Origin: a virus
Taxonomy: Duplodnaviria > Caudoviricetes
IMG/VR virus record: IMGVR_UViG_3300037851_000141
Span: 128,001 to 192,000 of that record
Length of the DNA: 64,000 bases
Strand: one strand, 5' to 3'
Shown: positions 56,582 through 64,000 of the stretch, in pieces
Numbering within the stretch: position 1 is the stretch's first letter
Layout of the letters: every line of letters begins with the position of its first letter
The notes under the pieces: generated by a model
What the model was told of the DNA's origin: nothing
Seen by the model: the letters and a program-made list of their open reading frames with translations, nothing else
Databases searched by the model: none
Program-made: the position numbers and the translations under genes

Positions 56582-56642
56582 AATCTCTTGAATGGTGATT
56601 AGATGTTGGTATAATAGTGTGAGCCATTGAAAGGGAACCCTG

Positions 56643-57002
56643 ATGCCATATATACAGCAATGTGATCGTGAGAAGTTTGAGGTTGACATAAATTCTACTG
56701 ATTATGCTGTTGGATTGCGGACAAAGATGGAGAAGTGTGTAGCTGGAATAAATGATGTTGGAGAGTTGAATTATTTTATTACTTGTATTTGTCAGGAGTA
56801 TATTAAGAAGAATGGTTTGAGGTATAAGTATCTGAATGATGTTATAGGTGTATTGGAGTGTTTGAAGCTTGAGTTATATCGTAAAATTGGTGGACCGTAT
56901 GAGGACATTGCTATTGCTAAAAATGGTGATGTTCATATTCTTGATGATTTGATGAATAAAGCGGCTAAGTCTGTTCAACAAGATTATTCTAAAAAGGATT
57001 GA
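56643..57002 (+). CDS. Conserved phage protein (DUF6899-like)
   Basis: MPYI..R..GELNY.IT..GVLECLKLELYR..PYED..I.KNGDV. Confidence 0.65.
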   Translation: MPYIQQCDREKFEVDINSTDYAVGLRTKMEKCVAGINDVGELNYFITCICQEYIKKNGLRYKYLNDVIGVLECLKLELYRKIGGPYEDIAIAKNGDVHILDDLMNKAAKSVQQDYSKKD

Positions 57003-57006
57003 ATAA

Positions 57007-57525
57007 ATGGGATACCTAAAGAACAAAGTTGTATATTTATGTGGACCAATAACCAATGTATCTGATGATGGGACGACATGGAGAAACTATTTAACTCCTA
57101 TACTTGAGACTAAGTTTGGTATTATAGTAGACGATCCATGTAAGAAAACTATTGATGGTGTTGGTGAGATTGGGGCAGATAAACTGTACTTTAAGAAATT
57201 GATAAAAGAAAGGCAATTTGAGAGAGTTAAGAAGGAATTTTACAAGATTATACGTAAGGATTTGAAATCAGTAGACAAGTCAGATTTTTTGATTTTTTAT
57301 CATGAGCCTAAGATTGCTACTGTTGGAACATATCATGAGGTTGTAAATGCTGTAAATAGTAAAAAGCCAGTATTATTGATGTGTGAGGAACAGAATCTTG
57401 ATAATCTGAATCCTTGGTTATTGACATTGATAAAGAGTCAGTGGTTATTTACAAATTGGGATGACATGTTATTGTATTTAGAGCAGATAGATAATGAGCG
57501 GTTGGATACGAGTCATTGGTGGTGA
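57007..57525 (+). CDS. Nucleoside 2-deoxyribosyltransferase-like protein
   Basis: VYLCGPI; DLKSVDKSDFLI; GTYHEV. Confidence 0.75.
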   Translation: MGYLKNKVVYLCGPITNVSDDGTTWRNYLTPILETKFGIIVDDPCKKTIDGVGEIGADKLYFKKLIKERQFERVKKEFYKIIRKDLKSVDKSDFLIFYHEPKIATVGTYHEVVNAVNSKKPVLLMCEEQNLDNLNPWLLTLIKSQWLFTNWDDMLLYLEQIDNERLDTSHWW

Positions 57526-57526
57526 T

Positions 57527-58297
57527 ATGGAGGATTTTCAAGATGACAAGATTATGCGAGAGTTAAAAAATACCTGGAAGAATCAAAAACCACATCTTAA
57601 AAATATAAGTATTGTTTTAGAAAATAGGACTATAGTTGAACGAGAAGGTGATGAGACTCGGCGTACAGTTGCTAATGATTTTTTACAATTGCTTAAAGAA
57701 AATATTAATAAAATAAAACCTGAAATAGTAAAAACAAAAACTGGAGTTGGGTTATTTTTAGATTATTCCAGTTTATTAAAAGAAAAGTTTGAGATTCTTT
57801 TTTATGTATTTGAGGACGGTAATGCTGATTTAGGATATTGGGATAATGATAAAAAGTTAATGTATGTAAATATATTGGATAACGTTGAATTTACTAATAT
57901 TATAAAAAATAAAAAGTATTTAATGTTATTTGATATTTATAGTTCTGTAATCTTTCATGAATTGATACATAGATTTGATCATATGAGATATTTAGGAAGA
58001 CATAAGCCATTGGAGACTGATGCTTATGTTAATACTTATGAAGAGTTTAATGCGTTTTATCAACAGTATGCTCGTTCAGTTGATATATTAGTTAGCAAGA
58101 TGAAAACAATTGATGAGTTTTATAAAAGATTTGGAATAAGTGCTGCTGGATTAATTGCTGATTTTTGGAAGATTGTTCCTAATGATATGAAAAAAGAAAT
58201 AAAGTCGAGTAATAAGTGGAACAATAAATGGAACAAGAGGTTATATCAGCTTTATTATGAAAAATTGAGTAAGTTTCAGAAAAATAGAAACTCCTAA
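57527..58297 (+). CDS. Hypothetical protein with HExxH motif
   Basis: IFHELIHRFDH; EEFNA. Confidence 0.65.
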   Translation: MEDFQDDKIMRELKNTWKNQKPHLKNISIVLENRTIVEREGDETRRTVANDFLQLLKENINKIKPEIVKTKTGVGLFLDYSSLLKEKFEILFYVFEDGNADLGYWDNDKKLMYVNILDNVEFTNIIKNKKYLMLFDIYSSVIFHELIHRFDHMRYLGRHKPLETDAYVNTYEEFNAFYQQYARSVDILVSKMKTIDEFYKRFGISAAGLIADFWKIVPNDMKKEIKSSNKWNNKWNKRLYQLYYEKLSKFQKNRNS

Positions 58298-58327
58298 CCT
58301 TTTTGTTTATTTAATTGTATCTTATTA

Positions 58328-58549
58328 TTAGTTATAGAAAATAAAGTCATAAAATACTCCACATTTAGGACATCCAATACCTTTCATATGAGACATTATT
58401 TGTTGATAAAATTTTCCATGTATAGGACAAATAATCTCCATTTTATCATTTACTGTTTTTATAATTTGAGTTATATCATATGTATATTTGTTTTTATGTA
58501 TTTTATTTGAGCGAGCCATTATTTCGTCAAACGATAAACGTTTTCCCAT
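58328..58549 (-). pseudogene. Truncated endonuclease-associated Zn-binding repeat (DUF723-like), no nuclease domain
   Basis: KYTYD..KMEIICPIHGKF..H.KG.GCPKC, then an immediate stop. Confidence 0.6.
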
Positions 58550-58697
58550 TTGAAGAAACCTCCACTTTAGCGTTTAATATAATAAATCTTATATATTCGC
58601 TAACTGTGTTAAATTTTAATTGTTTTGTTTTTTCTTTGATTTGATTTAATTCACTTTCTGAAACTTTTATGTTTATTTGTTTATTTTTTATAATCAT
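58527..58697 (-). CDS. Small ribbon-helix-helix protein (56 aa), absent from ORF track
   Basis: Manual translation MIIKNKQINIKVSESELNQIKEKTKQLKFNTVSEYIRFIILNAKVEVSSNGKTFIV; RBS AGGAG. Confidence 0.75.
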   Translation of the reverse strand: MIIKNKQINIKVSESELNQIKEKTKQLKFNTVSEYIRFIILNAKVEVSSNGKTFIV

Positions 58698-58735
58698 TGA
58701 TGACTCCTATTATATACTATATGGTATATTTATAT

Positions 58736-58775
58736 CTAAAAAAGAACCTCCAACATAAAAATATTGGAGGTTCTT
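58736..58775 (-). terminator. Intrinsic terminator for the minus-strand gene at 58791-59018
   Basis: AAGAACCTCCAA/TTGGAGGTTCTT stem with a T-run on the minus strand. Confidence 0.75.
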
Positions 58776-58790
58776 AATCATATCAATCTA

Positions 58791-59018
58791 TCAAACTGAG
58801 AATGCCCAGAAATCGTTCTTGGGGATGTGATGTACTTGTCCGGTTACTTGGTTGACGGCGATGATCTTTTGACCTTGAGTAGCGCCAGTATCAACTTTTG
58901 ATTGAACTTTCAATACGCCGAAACCGACCATATTGCGAAGGTCATAGAAAAGGGTTCCGACAGTAGCAGCCGCGAACGTGAGATTGGGCTTGCCGGTGTA
59001 GATGTAGTTAGTAGCCAT
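58791..59018 (-). CDS. Small hypothetical protein (75 aa)
   Basis: Strong RBS AAGGAGG and its own terminator. Confidence 0.75.
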   Translation of the reverse strand: MATNYIYTGKPNLTFAAATVGTLFYDLRNMVGFGVLKVQSKVDTGATQGQKIIAVNQVTGQVHHIPKNDFWAFSV

Positions 59019-59147
59019 AGTGGCCTCCTTGTTGTTGTGTACGATATTTCTTTATCTGTACAATAGTATTTAGAAAGAGATTTTATTTTTTCTTGTTATA
59101 ATATACGAATAGGATTATTTTATTAGAAACTTTTATAAATAACTATT

Positions 59148-59807
59148 ATGTATAAAAAAGATATTTACGAACAGGCTATGATGTTAAAACGAAATGGACT
59201 AAAAACTATCCAAGTCCATAGTATTACAGGAGTTCCGATAAGTACATTGAAGGGTTGGTTTAGAAAAAATAGTAGAAAAGACCACCGGGAATATGCTGAT
59301 CCTTTACAGTTGTTGGAATCATTCAAGGACGAAAACAATAGAAACTTTTTATATGATATTTATTCTTATTTGTTGGGATTTTACCTTATTCGTGGGCATT
59401 TATATGAACATGGTGACACTTGGGAGTTAAGTTTTTTCATATCAGACCATTTATTTAAGAATTTCAACAATAAGTTTAAGTTTTTATTTGGTCGTGGTTT
59501 TTTCATCATTAAGAACAAGAAGCAGGCATTCTCTTTATATTCTAAGTATTTGGACAAGTTATTTCCTAAACCAAAAGAGTTAAAAGAATGGCAAACCCGC
59601 ATATTGAATATTACTGAGTTATTTAAGGGAATGGTACATACAGTTGACATAAAAGATGGTTATTTTAGGATTAGGTGTAATGATGATAACGCTTTAAGGG
59701 TATTTCAAGGGTGTTGTATTCAATTGGGTATTGCTTTTCAAAAAAATGGGAATATAATTGAAGTAACTGACCGGGAATCCTGGCTACGCATCAGAAGGAT
59801 TTACTAA
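59148..59807 (+). CDS. HTH plus degenerate LAGLIDADG-like domain protein
   Basis: N-terminal HTH (TGVPISTLKGW); YSYLLGFYLIRG in place of the usual YLLGxYLGDG. Confidence 0.55.
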   Translation: MYKKDIYEQAMMLKRNGLKTIQVHSITGVPISTLKGWFRKNSRKDHREYADPLQLLESFKDENNRNFLYDIYSYLLGFYLIRGHLYEHGDTWELSFFISDHLFKNFNNKFKFLFGRGFFIIKNKKQAFSLYSKYLDKLFPKPKELKEWQTRILNITELFKGMVHTVDIKDGYFRIRCNDDNALRVFQGCCIQLGIAFQKNGNIIEVTDRESWLRIRRIY

Positions 59808-60622
59808 TGGACAAAAAGATTATTAGTTATAGCAATTCTGAGATACAAGCTGCTATTTCAGATTTATTAACTAAAGTATCAGTGATTAAAGATAAGATCA
59901 AGAAAGTTGTTGGTATTGCTAATGGTGGGTTGTATATTAGTATTCCTATTGCTGAAAGTCTAGGCAAGGAACATTCTGAAATAAATATCAAATTCTATAA
60001 TAAATCTGGTGTTGCTCTTGATAAACCGATGATAGATGTTGTTGATACGAGTAAAATACAAACTCCGTTTTTATTGATAGATGATTTGATAGATAGTGGG
60101 AGAACCATAAATTATTTTATTGATAAGACTGGTTATATTCAAGGTAAACATTTTTATATTGGTTGTTTATTTTATGATGAAAAGAATGAGTTTAGAGTTG
60201 TTCCCGATTTTTATGTTTATCCGAAACCTGATGCTTGGGTTGAATTTCCTTGGGAGAAGGTGACAAGTTATACATCATCACAAATTTCATTGGCATTAGT
60301 TGAGCGAACTCCATATTTGACATTAGATAAACTTAAACAATTGAGAGAGATTTGTTTGAAGGCTAGTCGTGGACCATGGACATTTGATGAAGATGAAGAT
60401 TGTCAAAGGATATTTTCTACAAATCTTCATGAAATTGCTAAAGATGAATATATGATTGGGCATCCTTTACAACTTGCTAAATGTCCGAAAAGGAATAGTG
60501 GGTTTGCTGAATATTGGTTCACTGAAAATGACCTGAAGTTTTTGATTTCGGCTTCCAAGTACATGTTGCCGATGGTTGAAACTCTTATAAAAGTTGCTGA
60601 GGAAGAAAATAATGAAAGCTAG
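59807..60622 (+). CDS. Type I phosphoribosyltransferase (Gpt/Hpt-like) with C-terminal extension
   Basis: GIANGG; LLIDDLIDSGRT; WVEFPWE. Confidence 0.85.
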   Translation: MDKKIISYSNSEIQAAISDLLTKVSVIKDKIKKVVGIANGGLYISIPIAESLGKEHSEINIKFYNKSGVALDKPMIDVVDTSKIQTPFLLIDDLIDSGRTINYFIDKTGYIQGKHFYIGCLFYDEKNEFRVVPDFYVYPKPDAWVEFPWEKVTSYTSSQISLALVERTPYLTLDKLKQLREICLKASRGPWTFDEDEDCQRIFSTNLHEIAKDEYMIGHPLQLAKCPKRNSGFAEYWFTENDLKFLISASKYMLPMVETLIKVAEEENNES

Positions 60623-60977
60623 GAGATACCCATTTCGTAGTCGTAGGTTGCGTAAGAAATATCGTCAAAAAGAATTTGCTGAATATGGATTTGAGGTATC
60701 TGGAAGTTATTTTGGTGAGTGTAAGTGTTTGTGGTTTGTTAGAGACGAAGTTTTTATAAATTTAGCTGAAATGATTGAAAAAGCCGGGTTTTATTTTGGT
60801 GGTGGATATAATGATAATACTTGGGGTTTTACGTTTGGTAAGTATCGTGGTTCCATTACTTTAGAAGATAAAAATAAGATACTCGAAGAGATTAAAAAGA
60901 TGGAAGGTGCTGGTCTAAAAATTGAAAAAGTTAGTGATTTGATTGACCTTTGGTACGAAAATCGGGATCCAAAATAG
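60612..60977 (+). CDS. YggL/DUF469-like protein
   Basis: RSRRLRKKYRQKEFAEYGFEV..FGGG. Confidence 0.8.
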   Translation: MKARRYPFRSRRLRKKYRQKEFAEYGFEVSGSYFGECKCLWFVRDEVFINLAEMIEKAGFYFGGGYNDNTWGFTFGKYRGSITLEDKNKILEEIKKMEGAGLKIEKVSDLIDLWYENRDPK

Positions 60978-60980
60978 TTC

Positions 60981-61008
60981 TTGACTTTGATTTTTTGTCG
61001 GCTATAAT
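60981..61008 (+). promoter_or_regulatory. Sigma70-type promoter for the Ro60 gene
   Basis: TTGACT-N16-TATAAT. Confidence 0.65.
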
Positions 61009-61063
61009 GTTCGTCGCAAAAGCCAATAAACCCTTGTCCCTCCAAGAAAGGAAGGAATGTATC

Positions 61064-62695
61064 ATGGCTAACAAGAATCTTTTCCAATCATCTGCTGGTA
61101 TGGCTCCAATCACTGACGCTCTTAATGAGGCTGGTGGTGTAGCTTATAACCTCTCTGATAAAGCGGCCCTTGCTCAGATGGTGGTTACTGGTTGCTTTAA
61201 TCAGACTTTTTATGCTGATGCCAAAACTCAGCTTGATACTGTGTTGAAGCTGGCAAACAAGGTTCCAACCAAGTTTGTCGCTCAACTGGCGGTATATGCT
61301 CGCACTAATGCTTATATGAAGGATTCTCCTGCGGTTCTTGCTGCTGTGCTGGCAAGTCGTGATATGGGAATGCTGAAGTCTATTTTTGCCACTGTAATTG
61401 ATAATGGCAAGATGGTTCGCAACTTCTGCCAAATCCTTCGTTCTGGTGTTGTTGGTCGCAAGTCATTTGGAACTGCTGCTAAGAAACTGGTTCAAAACTG
61501 GCTGATTAACCGTAAGCCAGAGCAGTTGTTCCGTGATATTGTCGGCAACGATCCTTCTCTGTCAGATGTTATTAAGATGACTCACCCTCATCCAAAGAAC
61601 AAGACTCAAGAGTTTATGTTTGCCTATATCTGTGGTCGAGTCAACATTGAAGTCAAGGGTAATACTTTGACTGCTACCAAGGTGTATAATGGCAAGACTC
61701 AAACCATCAAGTCTGAGAATATTCCAGATATTGTCAGAGATTTTGAGATTTTCAAGGCGAAGAAACTTGCTGGAAAGAGTGCTGGTGAGACTCCAGATGT
61801 GCCTTTCCAAATGTTGTCTTCATTGAATATGGGTACTGCTGAGTGGACTGAAATGGCTCGCAATGGGTCTTGGACGTTTACTCGCATGAATCTGAACAAT
61901 TTCTTGAAGTATGATGTGTTCAAGGATAAAAAGATGGTTGATATGATTGCTGATCGACTTTCTTCATCAACCGAAGTGAAGAAGTCCAGAGTATTCCCAT
62001 ATCAGCTACTTACTGCGTTCAAGTCAGTATCTTCAGAAATGCCAACCAAGATCACCAACGCACTTCAAGATGCTATGGAGATTGCTGTTGGGAACATTCC
62101 TGATCTTGACGGTAAGAAAATCTATGTTTGTGTTGATACCAGTGGAAGCATGCAGAGTGCTGTAACTGGTGATCGTGGCGGTGGTACTACTGCGACAACT
62201 TGTGTTGATGTAGCTGGACTTGTAGCCTCTGCGATTCTGCGTAAAAATCAAGATACCAGCGTAATTCCATTTGATACTGACGTTCACTTGGTTTCTCTTA
62301 ATTCACGGGATAGTGTCATGACCAACGCACAAAAGTTGGCTCTGCGTGGGGGTGGTACTGATTGTTCTTGTGCGCTTCGGTATCTTAACAACATTGAGGC
62401 TAAAGGGGATGTCGTTATCTTTGTCTCTGATAATGAGAGTTGGGCTGATCGTGGATATGGTCGTGGAACCGGAACGCACAACGAATTCCTGAAATTCCGT
62501 AAGCGTAATCCAAATGCGGTTCTGATCAATATCGACATTCAGCCAAACACTTATACTCAAACCAAGGAATCACCTTATATCTTCAATATTGGCGGATTCT
62601 CTGATCAAGTATTTGAGATTATCGCTGCCATTGCCAAAGATAGACTCAATAAGGATTGGTTCGTGACTGAGATTGAAAAAGTTAAGATTGGCTGA
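61064..62695 (+). CDS. rsr: Ro60/Rsr (TROVE plus vWA) RNA-binding protein
   Basis: NEAGG.AY, TGCFNQTFY, YARTNAYMKD, RKSFG, SRVFPYQLL; vWA VDTSGSM..GGGTDC..FVSDNES; RBS-supported start 61064. Confidence 0.92.
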   Translation: MANKNLFQSSAGMAPITDALNEAGGVAYNLSDKAALAQMVVTGCFNQTFYADAKTQLDTVLKLANKVPTKFVAQLAVYARTNAYMKDSPAVLAAVLASRDMGMLKSIFATVIDNGKMVRNFCQILRSGVVGRKSFGTAAKKLVQNWLINRKPEQLFRDIVGNDPSLSDVIKMTHPHPKNKTQEFMFAYICGRVNIEVKGNTLTATKVYNGKTQTIKSENIPDIVRDFEIFKAKKLAGKSAGETPDVPFQMLSSLNMGTAEWTEMARNGSWTFTRMNLNNFLKYDVFKDKKMVDMIADRLSSSTEVKKSRVFPYQLLTAFKSVSSEMPTKITNALQDAMEIAVGNIPDLDGKKIYVCVDTSGSMQSAVTGDRGGGTTATTCVDVAGLVASAILRKNQDTSVIPFDTDVHLVSLNSRDSVMTNAQKLALRGGGTDCSCALRYLNNIEAKGDVVIFVSDNESWADRGYGRGTGTHNEFLKFRKRNPNAVLINIDIQPNTYTQTKESPYIFNIGGFSDQVFEIIAAIAKDRLNKDWFVTEIEKVKIG

Positions 62696-62710
62696 AACAG
62701 TCAGATAATA

Positions 62711-62750
62711 AAATCCCCTTGACAACTAAAAAGGTCAAGGGGATTTTTTC
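62711..62750 (+). terminator. Intrinsic terminator after rsr
   Basis: AAATCCCCTTGAC/GTCAAGGGGATTT 13-bp stem followed by a T-run. Confidence 0.85.
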
Positions 62751-62785
62751 TTTTTCTGATATAATACAAACGCAACGGAATAATA

Positions 62786-62980
62786 ATGAGATATATAGTC
62801 GCTAAACCAACAACACAAGAAATAGCGGAATATGGATTTTATAGTTCGTATGATGATGCCGCTCGTCGTTGTGAAGTTCTTAATCATCGTGCTGGCGCTC
62901 CTGAACGTGAACCTTGGGTTGTATGCCAGCTTGTTAAAGTAAATCCAACAGATATAAAGAGGAACCAAGATGACATTTGA
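62786..62980 (+). CDS. Hypothetical protein
   Basis: Short ORF coupled to the next gene. Confidence 0.55.
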   Translation: MRYIVAKPTTQEIAEYGFYSSYDDAARRCEVLNHRAGAPEREPWVVCQLVKVNPTDIKRNQDDI

Positions 62981-63617
62981 CTTTACAGCTTTAGCAAAAA
63001 TGATTGAGCAAAACCAGTTGATGATTCAATTCTTATATTCTATTGCTCTTGAGCGGAAGGTAACAATTGATGATTATAATTCAGTAAAGCCTCAGAATCT
63101 TAGTAATGATTATGCGTTTGATATATTGGCAAAATGTATATCTGACTTGGAACAGAATTCTCAAATTGAATATTATAAAGTCATGTTAGGTTCCAAGGAT
63201 TTAACTGACTCGTTTTTCAATGATGTTCAAGGCTTTATTAAGAAGTTTGAAGACCTTACTGATGTTGAAATTGATGAAACTACTTCAGATGGTAAGATGT
63301 CAGAGATTGAAATGAAATTGATTGCGGATGGAATATCTTTGTCAAATACTATGTTGAGCCGAAGTTTATCATATATTGCTGATTTGATTCAACGGTTACA
63401 TGCTTCCACATTTAAGAAGATAATAATTACACTTCTTCGTAATGGAGTTGATATCAATAGGATAATACAGACAAAAGCTAATGAAAAAGATAAAGAATAT
63501 ATTAAACAAAAGATAAAAACTGAACTTGAAAAATTACCAGATGGTTTACAAAAAGAAAAAGTAAAAAACTACCTTTGTAAGAGATTTGACATTGATCCAA
63601 CTGAACTTGAGGCTTGA
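62970..63617 (+). CDS. Hypothetical protein
   Basis: RBS GAGG; long ORF. Confidence 0.7.
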   Translation: MTFDFTALAKMIEQNQLMIQFLYSIALERKVTIDDYNSVKPQNLSNDYAFDILAKCISDLEQNSQIEYYKVMLGSKDLTDSFFNDVQGFIKKFEDLTDVEIDETTSDGKMSEIEMKLIADGISLSNTMLSRSLSYIADLIQRLHASTFKKIIITLLRNGVDINRIIQTKANEKDKEYIKQKIKTELEKLPDGLQKEKVKNYLCKRFDIDPTELEA

Positions 63618-63664
63618 CATTCTAAAAATTGATGTAGAATGATGGCGTTAGAAAGGGGTGGATT

Positions 63665-64000
63665 ATGCCTCTTCAAGAAGTACGCGCCAAGCATTTTAGC
63701 AACGGATCGGTATATGCTCTTAAAACCGATTCTGGACACCCTATTGAAACAACTGATACTTTTCTTCCGTTCTACACAAAGAATGCGAAAGATCAACATA
63801 CTAACGTTCTAACGGATTATAATTTAGGTGATCGTAGTGAACGTTGGATGGTTGGTGTTTCTGTAAGTTCAAGCTGTCTAGTTCGTTGTAAGTTTTGTGC
63901 TACTGGTAAGTTAAAAGGATTCCGTAATTTGGCTGCGGATGAAATTGTTGACCAAGTTGAATTTGTATTGGCCAAGAATCCAGAATATAAGTTTAGTAAT
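63665..64000 (+). CDS. RlmN/Cfr-like radical SAM RNA methyltransferase, N-terminal part; truncated by window edge and absent from ORF track
   Basis: Manual translation ..WMVGVSVSSSCLVRCKFCATGKLKGFRNLAADEIVDQV; RBS AAGGGG. Confidence 0.8.
   Translation, partial: MPLQEVRAKHFSNGSVYALKTDSGHPIETTDTFLPFYTKNAKDQHTNVLTDYNLGDRSERWMVGVSVSSSCLVRCKFCATGKLKGFRNLAADEIVDQVEFVLAKNPEYKFSN

Noticed and set aside
60950-61063. N-terminal extension of Ro60 from the ATG at 60950
   Set aside because: The region holds a TTGACT/TATAAT promoter, and the RBS supports ATG 61064.
1-64000. Alternative genetic code (TAG or TGA recoding)
   Set aside because: Core genes are full-length under code 11, TAG and TGA both end real genes, and no suppressor tRNA is present.

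Overview
A 64-kb segment of a large, AT-rich tailed phage with a diverged T4-like core, read in standard code 11 with nearly all genes on the + strand. (1) 1-17.9 kb is the replication block: family-B polymerase C-terminus with a mini-intein, UvsX, gp41, a gp59-like loader, gp32, topoisomerase II subunits, clamp, clamp loader, RegA and primase, interrupted by rmlB, an rmlC-rmlD fusion and a J-domain gene. (2) 17.9-31.2 kb is a 15-gene glycosyltransferase/methyltransferase/radical-SAM island. (3) 31.3-42.6 kb holds AAA+ ATPases, nucleotide metabolism genes (two thymidylate-synthase homologues, DHFR) and hypotheticals. (4) 42.6-47.5 kb is a TATAAATA late-promoter cluster of probable internal head proteins ending in a candidate programmed -1 frameshift. 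(5) 47.6-56.0 kb is an RNA array with 19 tRNA or tRNA-like genes, several non-tRNA structured RNAs, Thg1, a 2H phosphoesterase, an HNH gene and an RHH-TnpB cassette. (6) 56-64 kb holds accessory genes including Ro60/TROVE, YggL-like and an RlmN-like radical SAM enzyme. The strongest leads are a tRNA-Gln gene whose anticodon loop is interrupted by a 46-nt CCA-ending mini-tRNA, a circularly permuted tRNA-like (YrlA-type Y) RNA in the same genome as a Ro60 gene, two paralogous 147-nt structured RNAs, and an inverted-repeat pair bracketing the tRNA array. All protein calls come from motif recognition by eye; no searches were run. The supplied ORF track gives the wrong strand for 30432..31229, which is on the minus strand.
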